Below, piece after piece: positions 19,221 to 30,129 of a DNA stretch of 41,864 nucleotides. The notes under the pieces were generated by a model. That model was not told the origin of the DNA. It searched no databases and saw only the letters and a program-made list of their open reading frames with translations. Position 1 is the stretch's first letter; every line of letters begins with the position of its first letter. A program made the translations under genes and the position numbers. The DNA comes from Candidatus Krumholzibacteriota bacterium (lineage in GTDB: Bacteria > Krumholzibacteriota > Krumholzibacteriia > LZORAL124-64-63): NCBI GenBank assembly GCA_039714075.1, contig JBDLKA010000023.1, forward strand, positions 1 to 41,864, read 5' to 3'.

Positions 19221-19712
19221 CTATCCCGATTTTTCCACGGCCCGGTCGACAAAGGCACGCAATTCATACATCTGATCGGCGGAAAGACCCTGGCCGATGA
19301 ACGCCGCGCCGTAGACGAAGGCGATCAGGGCCAGGGAACCCGGGAAGGCGAAAAAGCCCCAGGGGAATTCATCCACCGTGGTCTGGGCCCAGCCCAGTAT
19401 CAGGCCCGCGAAACCCAGCAGACCCAGAAAGATGTACAGGGCCATGAAACCCGTCCACACATTGGGGGCGGGGCTGAAGCGTCCGACCAGGCAGGTGCCG
19501 TCGGGGCCGTCGTCCAGTTCCAGGTTCAGGAAAGGGGAAAGCAGGGACCGGCGGTCCCGGGGCATCTGGAGAAAGGCGTGGCAGCGGACCACCTGCCCCG
19601 CCAGTGAGGCGTCGGGCGCCGCCAGTTTCCGTCCCAGCTGTTCGAGGACCGCCGATCCGTCCCCCGGGACCGGAATCCGGAAGCGGGGCCGCATGCGGGG
19701 AAGTCGCGTCAT
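19221..19712 (-). CDS. Hypothetical membrane protein with two TM helices
   Basis: AGGAG RBS; hydrophobic segments [24 protein letters not shown] and [21 protein letters not shown]. Confidence 0.8.
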   Translation of the reverse strand: MTRLPRMRPRFRIPVPGDGSAVLEQLGRKLAAPDASLAGQVVRCHAFLQMPRDRRSLLSPFLNLELDDGPDGTCLVGRFSPAPNVWTGFMALYIFLGLLGFAGLILGWAQTTVDEFPWGFFAFPGSLALIAFVYGAAFIGQGLSADQMYELRAFVDRAVEKSG

Positions 19713-19803
19713 GGAATTCTCCTTGGATTGTCTTGATCCCGGTCAGGATAGCCTATCCAGGACAAATTGTCTCCTCTTTTCGGCGCCGGGAGGGACCCTG
19801 CGG

Positions 19804-19832
19804 TTGTCCGGCCCCGGTCCTGGTGTTATCAT
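19804..19832 (+). promoter_or_regulatory. sigma70 promoter of asnS
   Basis: TTGTCC, 17 nt, TATCAT with extended -10 TG. Confidence 0.55.
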
Positions 19833-19876
19833 TTCGGGCCCAAGACAGGAATTCCCGTCACCATGAAGGAAACAGG

Positions 19877-21289
<1,413 letters not shown>

Positions 21290-21351
21290 GGGAACCAACG
21301 CGGAACACCGACCGGAAGGAACCGGTCGGCGGGATCAGCAGGAGATGATCA

Positions 21352-21765
21352 ATGGAGTGGACCAAAGAAACCTACCGCATCAGCGACGACAAATCCGAAC
21401 TGGACATGTTCTATATCGCGCCGGCGCTGCAGCAGTCCTACTGGGCCGCCGGCCGGCCCCAGGAGACCATCGAGGAGTCGATCAAGAACAGCCTGACCCT
21501 GGGCCTGTTCACCGAGGGGCGGCAGATCGGTTTCGCCCGGGCGGTCACCGACAAGTGCACCTTCGCCTGGGTCTGCGACGTGATGGTGCACCCCGACTAC
21601 CGGGGCGTGGGGCTGGGCAAGTGGCTGATGGACTGCCTGTCCGAACATCCGGACGTGGTGAACGTCAGCCAGCAGCTGCTGCGGACACGCGACGCCCACG
21701 GCCTGTACGAGCAGTACGGCTACAAGGTGTGCGACGCGATGGTCAAGAAGATCGAGCGGGATTAG
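21352..21765 (+). CDS. GNAT family N-acetyltransferase
   Basis: QIGFARAVTD, DVMVHPDYRGVGLGKWLM acetyl-CoA motif, DAHGLYEQYGY. Confidence 0.93.
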   Translation: MEWTKETYRISDDKSELDMFYIAPALQQSYWAAGRPQETIEESIKNSLTLGLFTEGRQIGFARAVTDKCTFAWVCDVMVHPDYRGVGLGKWLMDCLSEHPDVVNVSQQLLRTRDAHGLYEQYGYKVCDAMVKKIERD

Positions 21766-22103
21766 GGCGCGATGGCCTTCATGGCCTCCTCGCGGGTCTC
21801 GTAGACGTCGAAGATGTTTTCCAGCTGGGAAATATAGAAAATGCTCAGCACCCGTTCCTTTACGTTGCAGATCATCATCGCACCCTCGGCGGCCTTGATG
21901 GAATGGTACCCGGTGATGAGGATGCCCAGCCCGGTGGAGTTGATCCAGGGCACGCCCGACATATCCAGAATGACATTCTTGTAGCCCCCCTCGACCACGC
22001 TGGCGATCTCCTCCTTGAATTTGTCGAAATCCGGTCCGCCCATGATCTTGCCGGACAGTTCCAGGACCATGACGTTTTCCGCGGGGCTCTGCTTGATCTT
22101 CAT
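21762..22103 (-). CDS. STAS domain protein (anti-sigma factor antagonist type)
   Basis: ATG at 22103 after GGAGG; VILDMSGVPWINSTGLGIL. It is the C-terminal part of the track ORF 21762-23492. Confidence 0.92.
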   Translation of the reverse strand: MKIKQSPAENVMVLELSGKIMGGPDFDKFKEEIASVVEGGYKNVILDMSGVPWINSTGLGILITGYHSIKAAEGAMMICNVKERVLSIFYISQLENIFDVYETREEAMKAIAP

Positions 22104-22135
22104 TCTCGTTCCTCCGGGAGGGTGGTTGTCGACTT

Positions 22136-23797
22136 TCAGGAAAAGGCGTTGTAAAGCCGCCGCTTGATCTTCTTGGTCGGCGTTTTCTCGAATTCCTCGT
22201 ACAAGACCTTGAGTCTGGCTATCTGACTGAAGCCGGGAAGTCTCAGGTTCAGGCTCATCCGGTTTTCCTCCATCATGGATTCGACCTGCTTGCCTTTGAG
22301 GCAGGCCCGGTCCACGGATTCCAGATCGGGGTAGACCAGGGCCATCAGCTTCCCGTTGTTTTCGAGAATCAGTGATTCCTCGACGCAGGGCAGGTTGTTG
22401 AGCTGTGACTCGATCTCTTCCGGATAGACGTTCTGGCCCGACGCCGTCAGGATCATGTTCTTTGACCGGCCCGTCAAGAAAAGGTATCCGTCCTCGTCCA
22501 GACGGCCCAGGTCGCCGGTCATCAACCATCCCTCCGGGTTGATCGCTTCGGCGGTGGCCTCCTCGTCGTTGTAGTAACCCAACATAAGGTTCTCGCCGCG
22601 GACCTGCACCTCGCCGATGCCGGAGGCCGGGTCGGGGTTGTGGATCCGGCCCTCGAGGTAGGGAATGATCTTCCCCACGCTGCCCACCGGGGGGATGTCG
22701 TCGAACACGGTGTAGCTCATCAGGGGGCCGCACTCGGTCATGCCGTAGCCGCAGGTCATGCGCAGGCCGATCTTGCGGAAGAACTGTTCGATATCCCGGT
22801 TGATGGCCGCGCCCCCGATGACCATTTCCTTGAAGTTGCCGCCGAAGACCTCGTAGATCTGGTCGTGTATCTTCTTGTACACCAGCTTGTTGAGGCCGGG
22901 CACCTTGAGCAGCATCTTCATTTTGGGCGTTTCCAGGATGGGCTTGATCCGATTGCGGTAGATTTTCTCGATGACCAGCGGCACCGACATCACGTACACC
23001 GGCTTGTGCTTGGCGAAGGCCGCCACCAGGACCTTGGGCGTGGGAATCTTCTCGACGTAGGTGACATGGCAGCCGGCGGCCATGGGCGCCAGGAAGTCGA
23101 AGGAGCAGCCGAAGGCGTGGGCCAGGGGCAGGAAGGACACCACGTTGTCGCCCGGGGCCAGTTCGATGCAACTGAGGAAAAACATGATGTTGGCGATCAG
23201 CGAGTTGCCGGTCAGCATCACGCCCTTGGAAAAACCTGTGGTCCCGGAGGTGTAGACGATGGCGGTCAGGTCGGCGTTGGACACCTTGGGGAACCGCACC
23301 TGGCGGGTGGACAGCATGGACTCGTACCGCTCGCGGTAACCGGCCTCCGCCGCGTCGACCACCCCGGGCAGCTTCCTGTCCCCGGACCAGGCCAGGGAAA
23401 AGTCGTTCAGGTGGAAGATGCCCTGCAGGGATTCCATCTTCTCTTCGTCGATCCGGTCGTGGATGGTGTTCGGGACAAACAGCAGCTTGCATTCCGAGTG
23501 GCGGACCAGGTGCTCGATCTCCGCGCTGGAGAAATCAGGCAGGATGGGCACGATGACCGCCCCGCAGGTGACGGCCGCCAGGTAGGTCACGCACCAGTTG
23601 GCGGAGTTGCGGCCGGCCAGGCCGATCCGGTCGCCCTTCTGCAGACCGGCCTCCGCGATGATGTAATGGATCCTGAGAATCTGCTCGGCCATCTCGCCGT
23701 AGGTGATGGTTTCGCCGTCCAGGTCGCTGAAGCAGGGAACATCCCAATGCTTGTTGATGGAGGACGAGATGGTCTCGATGAAGTTTTCCTGGAGCAT
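22136..23797 (-). CDS. Long-chain fatty acid--CoA ligase (AMP-binding family)
   Basis: Start MLQENF at 23797; YTSGTTGFSKG, GYGMTECGP, GWLMTGDLG, GRSKNMI, KTPTKKIKR. Confidence 0.93.
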   Translation of the reverse strand: MLQENFIETISSSINKHWDVPCFSDLDGETITYGEMAEQILRIHYIIAEAGLQKGDRIGLAGRNSANWCVTYLAAVTCGAVIVPILPDFSSAEIEHLVRHSECKLLFVPNTIHDRIDEEKMESLQGIFHLNDFSLAWSGDRKLPGVVDAAEAGYRERYESMLSTRQVRFPKVSNADLTAIVYTSGTTGFSKGVMLTGNSLIANIMFFLSCIELAPGDNVVSFLPLAHAFGCSFDFLAPMAAGCHVTYVEKIPTPKVLVAAFAKHKPVYVMSVPLVIEKIYRNRIKPILETPKMKMLLKVPGLNKLVYKKIHDQIYEVFGGNFKEMVIGGAAINRDIEQFFRKIGLRMTCGYGMTECGPLMSYTVFDDIPPVGSVGKIIPYLEGRIHNPDPASGIGEVQVRGENLMLGYYNDEEATAEAINPEGWLMTGDLGRLDEDGYLFLTGRSKNMILTASGQNVYPEEIESQLNNLPCVEESLILENNGKLMALVYPDLESVDRACLKGKQVESMMEENRMSLNLRLPGFSQIARLKVLYEEFEKTPTKKIKRRLYNAFS

Positions 23798-23863
23798 TTT
23801 TCTCCCAATCGGAAAATGCGGACGGGGTCCGGGAAGGGGCGAGTGAACCGGCAATGCCGGACC

Positions 23864-23892
23864 ACTATACCCAAGATTACACCCGGGGACAA
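23864..23892 (-). promoter_or_regulatory. sigma70 promoter for the acyl-CoA ligase and STAS genes
   Basis: TTGTCC, 17 nt, TATAGT. Confidence 0.55.
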
Positions 23893-23901
23893 CCCAACGG
23901 T

Positions 23902-24522
23902 TTACCTTGGTTCGCGTTTCCCCAGGGTCCGGAGACCGGGAAAGAAGCGGGGCACCCGGCGGCGATAGGCGGCGTAGGTTTCTCCCAGGTCCTTCAGCAG
24001 TTTGCGCTCTTCCAGTTCGGTGCCGATCAGGGTGTAGACCAGGAAGACCGAGCGCCAGACCAGGTTGACGTCGGTGTAGGGCAGGCAGAATACCAGCAGG
24101 ATGAGGGTGCCGGTGTACCAGGGATGGCGGATGACCGCCAGGATGCCCTCGGTGCGAAAGGGCGGTTCCCGGCTGGGGATCCCCTTGAGGTAGCTGAGGG
24201 CCTGGGTCACTCCCAGGAATGACCGATTGTCGAAGCTGCGAACCCCCAGCCAGAACAGGAAAAGGGCTTCGGCCAGACCCAGCACCCGGATCCAGGCCCA
24301 CCAACCGGTCCAGGCGAACAGGGTGACCGCGGGCAGGGTCCTGATCCACAGCATGAGCAGACCCAGGGAGAAGGTGCTGAAGGTCACATAAACCAGGCGG
24401 TTGAACACGTGGTAGCGGGGAAAATGGCGCTGCACCAGGTTCCGCCAGCGGTGGCTGACGAACCAGCTGTGGAAAAAGCACCAGACGGTGCACCAGACGC
24501 CCACGAGGATCAGGTCAGGCAC
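23902..24522 (-). CDS. Isoprenylcysteine carboxyl methyltransferase-like (MddA/NnrU-related) membrane protein
   Basis: Several TM helices; FFHS, IRHPWY, EERKLLKDLGETYAAYRRRVPRFFP. Confidence 0.85.
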   Translation of the reverse strand: MPDLILVGVWCTVWCFFHSWFVSHRWRNLVQRHFPRYHVFNRLVYVTFSTFSLGLLMLWIRTLPAVTLFAWTGWWAWIRVLGLAEALFLFWLGVRSFDNRSFLGVTQALSYLKGIPSREPPFRTEGILAVIRHPWYTGTLILLVFCLPYTDVNLVWRSVFLVYTLIGTELEERKLLKDLGETYAAYRRRVPRFFPGLRTLGKREPR

Positions 24523-24765
24523 GGGGATTGTCTCGGCGGGTCAAGGTCCGTATGTTCATGAGTTGCGATAACATGGCAATAAGGGGGCATTCTCCATTGA
24601 TTATTCCACATTCTCCTGCTGCTTGTCGTGTACACCCATTTAAGCACTTTGGCCCATGCCTGGCAATCTCCGGAACGAAGGGTCGGAAGAAGGCCCGGGA
24701 CTGGACCCGGATCGTTATGGTTTGAAGCGGAATTTGGCGCGTTTGGAACATGAAGAAGGGATGGA

Positions 24766-26799
24766 ATGATGAATATCGGGGTAGCAAAAAGCCGTGGGTT
24801 GTTTTCAGGAATCTTTTTCGGCTTGAGTGTTTTGTTCCTGCTCGGGTCCACCGTGGCGGGGGCCTGGGAGCAGCCGTCCGAATGGGCGGACCTGGGCCAG
24901 GTCAGCATGTGGAAGCAATACGACGCCCGTTTCTATCGAGTCTACGATGATTCGCCCTTCATGGACCAATCCCAGTTCAAGCTGGACCAGACCAAGCCTT
25001 ACGCCAGGTCCCGGGAATACGCCGGGAAAATGGATGGCATTGGCCTGGAGACATTTCTGGCCAGGGATGCCGGCGAGCAGGCCAAGCGCAGAAAATCAGC
25101 GGCCGGAGAACTGAAGTTCGTGATCGAATTCCGTCAGAGGATGGAAACCTATATTCAACGCTCCAGGGAGAACGCGTGGACTGGCTGGGGGGCCCAGATC
25201 ACCGATATGACGGTCATCGGCGATTGCCTCGGCAAGCTCAGGACCGCCGTCGGCCTGGATCCCTCGAATCCCTACGCCTGGCATCTGCTGGCCTATTTTG
25301 CCGACATCGTCGGCGACCGGGCGCGCGCCGCCGCCGCCCTCGATGGAGCGGAGGCCGCCCTGGCCGTGATTCCGGCTGACGAGTTGAAAGAGCTGCGCGT
25401 GGAAGTCGCCCTGGACAAGGCCTGGCTGCAGCGTGACCAGGGCCGCTTCGAGGCGGCGTTGGCCAGTCTGCAAACGGCGGCGGAAAACGGAGCCTCGGGT
25501 ACCGAGCCGCACCTGATTCAAGGGCTTATCGCGGCCCAGACTGGCAAGACCCAGATTGCGCTGGAGATCGCCTCGAAGCTTCGTTCTTCCGAGATCCGGG
25601 TCTTCCCCGTGGATTACCAATCCACCAGTTTTTCCGCCGAAATGAGTGATGTCACCACCTGGACCGCCAGGAATTCCACCTACCTCCAGAGCTGGATCCT
25701 GGCTTTGTCCTGGCTCTATGAGGGCAAGACCGACATGGCCGCGGCGGCCTTCGGTAACTACTCCCTCAAAAACCTGTATCCCCATGCCCGGCGCTTCTGG
25801 AACGACGCCGGCCGGATCTACGAGATGACGGGCCGCCGGTCCCTGGCCCACAAGGCCTGGAGCATGGCCAGGATCTCCAATCCGTACGTGGTCTATTTCG
25901 TGTACAAACCCTATGCCACGGACCTGGGCAAGTTGACCGGACGGCCCGGTGCGGTGCCCTATTTCCTGGGCTTCGACACGTTCTACCTCTCGGGAAACCG
26001 GTTGGCCTATGGTGCGTCCCTGGTCGAAAAAGTGGCCGCGGCCACCGACGATTTCGAAAAACAGAAGCTGGCCTCGCGCGCGCTGGACGAGCTGGACATC
26101 TGCCAATCCGCCGGCATCTACGCGGGCCCCGCCCAGGTTCTCAAGGGACAGGTCTATTACCTGATGGGTGATCTCGGTTCGGCGCAGATGGAGGTGGCAG
26201 CCGCCCTGCAGTTCATGGATGAACAGGGTGACAAGACGGGAATCGCGGCGGTGCTGCAGGGGGTGGCCAAGTCGGGCAGCGATCTGGCACCCACCGATGT
26301 GGCCAACTTCTACAGCCAGAGCGGTTCCGCGGCGGGACGCTGGATGAAACCGGAGGATCTCGAGGCCGAGTTGGCCGGATTGCGCAAGGCCTACGCGGAT
26401 GATCCCACTGATGCCAACCGGCACGACCTGGCCCGCTTCCTCATCCGCAACGACGATCTTGCCGAGGGGCGGGATCTGGCCATGGGTGACCTGAAGGGCC
26501 AGGATCTGGGCGCGGACAACATCAGGCAACTGTCGGGCGACGATCTGGAGCTCGTGCTGGAGGCCGATCGCGCCGAGGGCGAGGATACGCTGGCCCTGGC
26601 CCTGGTCGGGGCCCTGAAAGGCGGGTCCGCCGATCCCTGGAACCATTCCGGTCTGTGGGTCCTGACCGGGTTCATCTGCCTGGACGGCGGCAACCTGGAC
26701 GAAGGCCGCCTGGCCCTGGAACGGGCGCTGGAACTGGATCCCGGCAATCACGGCCTGAAGATCCAGCTGGCCCTCGTGTCCGAAATGAGGGCGGATTAA
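24766..26799 (+). CDS. Secreted TPR-like repeat protein
   Basis: Signal peptide; TPR-like segments AVGLDPSNPYAWHLLAY and LERALELDPGNH. Confidence 0.8.
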   Translation: MMNIGVAKSRGLFSGIFFGLSVLFLLGSTVAGAWEQPSEWADLGQVSMWKQYDARFYRVYDDSPFMDQSQFKLDQTKPYARSREYAGKMDGIGLETFLARDAGEQAKRRKSAAGELKFVIEFRQRMETYIQRSRENAWTGWGAQITDMTVIGDCLGKLRTAVGLDPSNPYAWHLLAYFADIVGDRARAAAALDGAEAALAVIPADELKELRVEVALDKAWLQRDQGRFEAALASLQTAAENGASGTEPHLIQGLIAAQTGKTQIALEIASKLRSSEIRVFPVDYQSTSFSAEMSDVTTWTARNSTYLQSWILALSWLYEGKTDMAAAAFGNYSLKNLYPHARRFWNDAGRIYEMTGRRSLAHKAWSMARISNPYVVYFVYKPYATDLGKLTGRPGAVPYFLGFDTFYLSGNRLAYGASLVEKVAAATDDFEKQKLASRALDELDICQSAGIYAGPAQVLKGQVYYLMGDLGSAQMEVAAALQFMDEQGDKTGIAAVLQGVAKSGSDLAPTDVANFYSQSGSAAGRWMKPEDLEAELAGLRKAYADDPTDANRHDLARFLIRNDDLAEGRDLAMGDLKGQDLGADNIRQLSGDDLELVLEADRAEGEDTLALALVGALKGGSADPWNHSGLWVLTGFICLDGGNLDEGRLALERALELDPGNHGLKIQLALVSEMRAD

Positions 26800-28745
26800 C
26801 CGCCCAGACCGGCGCGCACCTGGTTTTCCACGCCGCCGGCGATGACAACTTCCTGTACCGGTTTGCCCAGCGGGGTGAACCGGTACTTTTCGTTCCGCCA
26901 GGTGATGACCGAGCCCGCGAAATCCATCTCCAGCGGGTCTTCACCGATGATGGTCTTCGTGTCCGCCTGGTCCGCGAAGTGCGACTTCATGGCGTCGGAC
27001 AGTTCGGGGCACTCCACGCAGATGAAACCGTTGTTGATGGCGTTGCGCAGGTAGGTCTGCGAGTAGCTGCCGGCGATGACCAGCTTGATGCCCGCCGCCT
27101 GCAGCGCGGTGGCCGCCTGCTCGCGGCTGCTGCCGGTGCCGAAGTTGTAGCCGGCGATCAGGATGTCGCCCTCTTTCACGAGGCCCGCGAAGGCGGGGTC
27201 GTAGTTTTCCATCACCACTTCGGCCATCTTCTCGCGCGTGACGTCTTCGCGGTACGTCCAGTCCTTGCTGTAGATGCCGTCGGTGTTGAGGTTGTCCGTG
27301 GGCAAAAAGACCACGCGGCCGGTCAGGCCGGAGGGGAATCCGTCGAGGATTTCCACGGCCGGCGATTCAATTTCCACGGCGGCGAATTCCTCGAACGACC
27401 GCTCGGGCACACCGGCGGAAAGGTCCATGTCCGCCGGGCCGGTGATGTAGCCTGCCAGCGCACTGGCGGTGACCACGGCCGGGCTGGCCAGGTAGGCTTC
27501 GGCGTCGCGGCTGCCCATGCGGCCGCGGAAATTGCGGTTGGTGGCCGAGATGCCCACTTCACCCTCTTCCAGCAGACCAGTGCCCAGCCCGATGCAGGGG
27601 CCGCAGCCCGGGGGCAGGGGTTTGGCGCCGGCGTCGATCAGCTTTTGCCAGGCCCCGCTCGCTTTCGCCTGATCCTCGATGGGCCCGCTGGCCGCGGCGA
27701 TGTAGAACTCGACGCCCTCGGCGATCTTTCCGCCGTCGGCCACGGCGGCCGCCTGTTCGATGTCGTTAAACCGGGCGTTGGTGCAGGACACAAGGTAGGC
27801 CTTGTGGATGGCCATCTTTTTGGCGTCCATCTCCGCCAGCGAGGTCATCACCTGCAGGGAGTGGGGGCCGCTGACGTGGGGCGTGACCAGGCCCAGGTCC
27901 AGGTTGATCTCAGCCGCGAAAACCGCGTCGGTGTCGGAGGCGGGAGGATTGTTTTTCCAGCCCTCGATATCCGCGGCGGTAACGCGGTCGGTGACGCCCT
28001 GTCCTTCCAGCCAGGCCTTGCGTTCTTCCATGAACGCGACGGTCACGTCGTCCACGGGGAACCAGCCGGCCAGCGCGCCCCACTCGGTGGTCATGTTGGC
28101 GATGGTCAGCCGCTCTTCCACCGACAGGCCGGCGATGCCGGTGCCGCCGAATTCGATCACCGCGTTCAGCACCTCGCCCTGGTTGTACAGGCCGCACAGG
28201 GTGATGATGACGTCCTTGCCGGTCACGCCGGGCCGCATCTTCCCGTTCAGGTTCACCTTGATGGTGCGGGGAATCTGCCACCACACCGTGCCGATGGCCC
28301 ACAGGGCGGCCGCGTCGGTGCGCACGACGGGGGTGCCCAGGGCCCCGATCCCGCCGTAGGTGTTGCTGTGGCTGTCGCTGGCCACGCAGAAGCCGCCGGG
28401 CTTGACGTAACCTTCCTCGATCATGATCTGGTGACCGATGCCGCGCCCGGCCGGATAGGCGGTGACCCCATTGGCCGCCGCGAACTCGGCGATGGCCTTG
28501 TACTTGGCCTGGTTGTCCTCGCCCAGATCCTGGATGTTGTGATCGAGGGTGAACACGGGCTGCCCGGGATTCTTCACCCTGGGCACGCCCAGGCCCTTGA
28601 ATTTGCCCATGACGGCACTGGTATTGTCGTGGGTCATGACGTGGTCGGGCACCAGCGTGACGTAATCTCCGGCGCGGACTTCCTGGCCGGCGTCGAGGCC
28701 GACGGCATGGGTCTGGACGATTTTTTCGATGACGGTCTGGGCCAT
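26796..28745 (-). CDS. lysF: Single-chain homoaconitase (homoaconitate hydratase), large and small domains fused
   Basis: VMTHDNT, GRGIGHQIMIEEGY, ASDSHSN, VVRTDAA; Fe-S ligands VSCTN and PGCGPCIG; SATNRNFRGRMG; swivel domain NLNTDGIY, NFGTGSSREQAA. Confidence 0.88.
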   Translation of the reverse strand: MAQTVIEKIVQTHAVGLDAGQEVRAGDYVTLVPDHVMTHDNTSAVMGKFKGLGVPRVKNPGQPVFTLDHNIQDLGEDNQAKYKAIAEFAAANGVTAYPAGRGIGHQIMIEEGYVKPGGFCVASDSHSNTYGGIGALGTPVVRTDAAALWAIGTVWWQIPRTIKVNLNGKMRPGVTGKDVIITLCGLYNQGEVLNAVIEFGGTGIAGLSVEERLTIANMTTEWGALAGWFPVDDVTVAFMEERKAWLEGQGVTDRVTAADIEGWKNNPPASDTDAVFAAEINLDLGLVTPHVSGPHSLQVMTSLAEMDAKKMAIHKAYLVSCTNARFNDIEQAAAVADGGKIAEGVEFYIAAASGPIEDQAKASGAWQKLIDAGAKPLPPGCGPCIGLGTGLLEEGEVGISATNRNFRGRMGSRDAEAYLASPAVVTASALAGYITGPADMDLSAGVPERSFEEFAAVEIESPAVEILDGFPSGLTGRVVFLPTDNLNTDGIYSKDWTYREDVTREKMAEVVMENYDPAFAGLVKEGDILIAGYNFGTGSSREQAATALQAAGIKLVIAGSYSQTYLRNAINNGFICVECPELSDAMKSHFADQADTKTIIGEDPLEMDFAGSVITWRNEKYRFTPLGKPVQEVVIAGGVENQVRAGLGG

Positions 28746-28814
28746 GGCGGGATCTCCCTGGTGGAAACCTGTGAAAGCCGACGGGTACTGTTTCAGTGGC
28801 CAAAGCTAAACCAG

Positions 28815-28851
28815 GCGGCCCCGGGAAACAATCCCCGGGGCCGCGTTTTTT
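28815..28851 (+). terminator. Terminator-like hairpin with the U-tract on the plus strand
   Basis: GCGGCCCCGGG-N8-CCCGGGGCCGC-G-T6 between two minus-strand genes. Confidence 0.55.
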
Positions 28852-28872
28852 CGGAAAAATTTTGCCTGCCGG

Positions 28873-29340
28873 TCAGCCGCCCGAGCCATTGGCCACCGGC
28901 CCGGGGTAGGGATCGTTGATGTATTCCTCCAGGGTACGGATCTGGACCTCCTGGTCCTGGCCGATCTGTTTGACCACATCGCCGATCGAAACGATGCCCA
29001 GCAGATCGCCGTCATGAAGAACGGGCACGTGGCGGATCCGTTCGGCCGTCATGATCGTCATCACCTCGTTCAGCCTGGTTTCGGGCGTCACGTAGATGAC
29101 CTTGCGCGTCATCAGTTCCCGCACGGGCGTTTCCCGGGCGGTGCGGCCCCGGGCGGTGATGAAACGCAGGTAATCGCGTTCGGTCATGATGCCCTTGATG
29201 TTTTCGCCCTCGACCGCCAGAAGGGCCCCGATGTTCATTTCGACCATTTTGGTCACGGCCGCAAAAACGGTTTCGTCCGGACCGATGGTGTGAATGGGCC
29301 TTTGGCCCCGTTCGTCCAGAAGCTCCTTGATGGTCTTCAT
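28873..29340 (-). CDS. CBS domain pair protein
   Basis: MVEMNIGALL, GIMTERDY, IRHVPVL..G.LLGIVSIGDVVK. Confidence 0.95.
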   Translation of the reverse strand: MKTIKELLDERGQRPIHTIGPDETVFAAVTKMVEMNIGALLAVEGENIKGIMTERDYLRFITARGRTARETPVRELMTRKVIYVTPETRLNEVMTIMTAERIRHVPVLHDGDLLGIVSIGDVVKQIGQDQEVQIRTLEEYINDPYPGPVANGSGG

Positions 29341-29445
29341 CCCGGCCTCCTGTCAGGGGAGTTGGAATTGGCTTTGAAAATCATTCTTGATATCCTAGGC
29401 TCATCCCGGGGTTTTCGCCACAAAACGGCTTTCCGTGCGTGGCCC

Positions 29446-29474
29446 TTGCCCCGGGAGCGGGTGGGGTCTAAGAT
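29446..29474 (+). promoter_or_regulatory. sigma70 promoter for the acidic hypothetical protein
   Basis: TTGCCC, 17 nt, TAAGAT. Confidence 0.5.
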
Positions 29475-29513
29475 TCCGGGGCACCACCAAACGCCAGGCA
29501 CGGGGAAGGAAAC

Positions 29514-29978
29514 ATGTACGAAGATTTTGAGGACCTCAGGGACAATTGTCCGGCCGAGATCAAGGCCATGATCGCCGTCGATCTGCTGCACGACGACCAG
29601 GACAAGCTGGACGAAGTCTGGCAGGTGACCGCGGACGGGGAATTTCGCCTGGCCCTGAACCAGGCCGTGACCGATTTCTGGGAAAAGGCCGTCCGCGACA
29701 AGGGGGGCGACGCGGTGCCGGTCGATGGATTCGCCATCGAGATCCTGCTCGACAGTTTCACCGACCCGGACATGGGATCGTCCCTGTACCTGGAACTGCA
29801 CGCCTACTGCGGCACCGAAGGGATCGGCGACTTGTGCTGGAAGGTTTTCGACGACGAGGATCGCGCGGTGGCGTTCGAGAAGGATTTTTCCGCGCGGGTG
29901 CCGGAAATATTGGCCCGGTGGGCGCCGGATTCTGGGGTGCGGTGCGAGGTGGAGCTCAATGAAGTCGAGGAATTGTAG
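29514..29978 (+). CDS. Hypothetical acidic protein
   Basis: AAGGA RBS, GC3-rich codons and its own promoter-like motif; no family recognised. Confidence 0.75.
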   Translation: MYEDFEDLRDNCPAEIKAMIAVDLLHDDQDKLDEVWQVTADGEFRLALNQAVTDFWEKAVRDKGGDAVPVDGFAIEILLDSFTDPDMGSSLYLELHAYCGTEGIGDLCWKVFDDEDRAVAFEKDFSARVPEILARWAPDSGVRCEVELNEVEEL

Positions 29979-30053
29979 GGGTCGATTCCCGCAGGATAAT
30001 GGGCTCAAATATCAGTTTTTCTGGCCTTCCGGGACCCCCCGGGGGGCCTTTTG

Positions 30054-30083
30054 AAAAGGCTCCCGGCCGCAACCGGGAGCCTT
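30054..30083 (-). terminator. Intrinsic terminator between convergent genes
   Basis: AAGGCTCCCGG-N6-CCGGGAGCCTT, 11-bp stem ending in TTTT on the minus strand. Confidence 0.7.
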
Positions 30084-30129
30084 GTCGTTTGTCATACCTT
30101 TCCCGCGCTGAAAAAGCGCGTATTCCAAT

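Noticed and set aside
21308..21329. Hairpin CCGACCGG/CCGGTCGG after asnS
   Set aside because: No U-tract; at most a stability or pause element, so not called a terminator.
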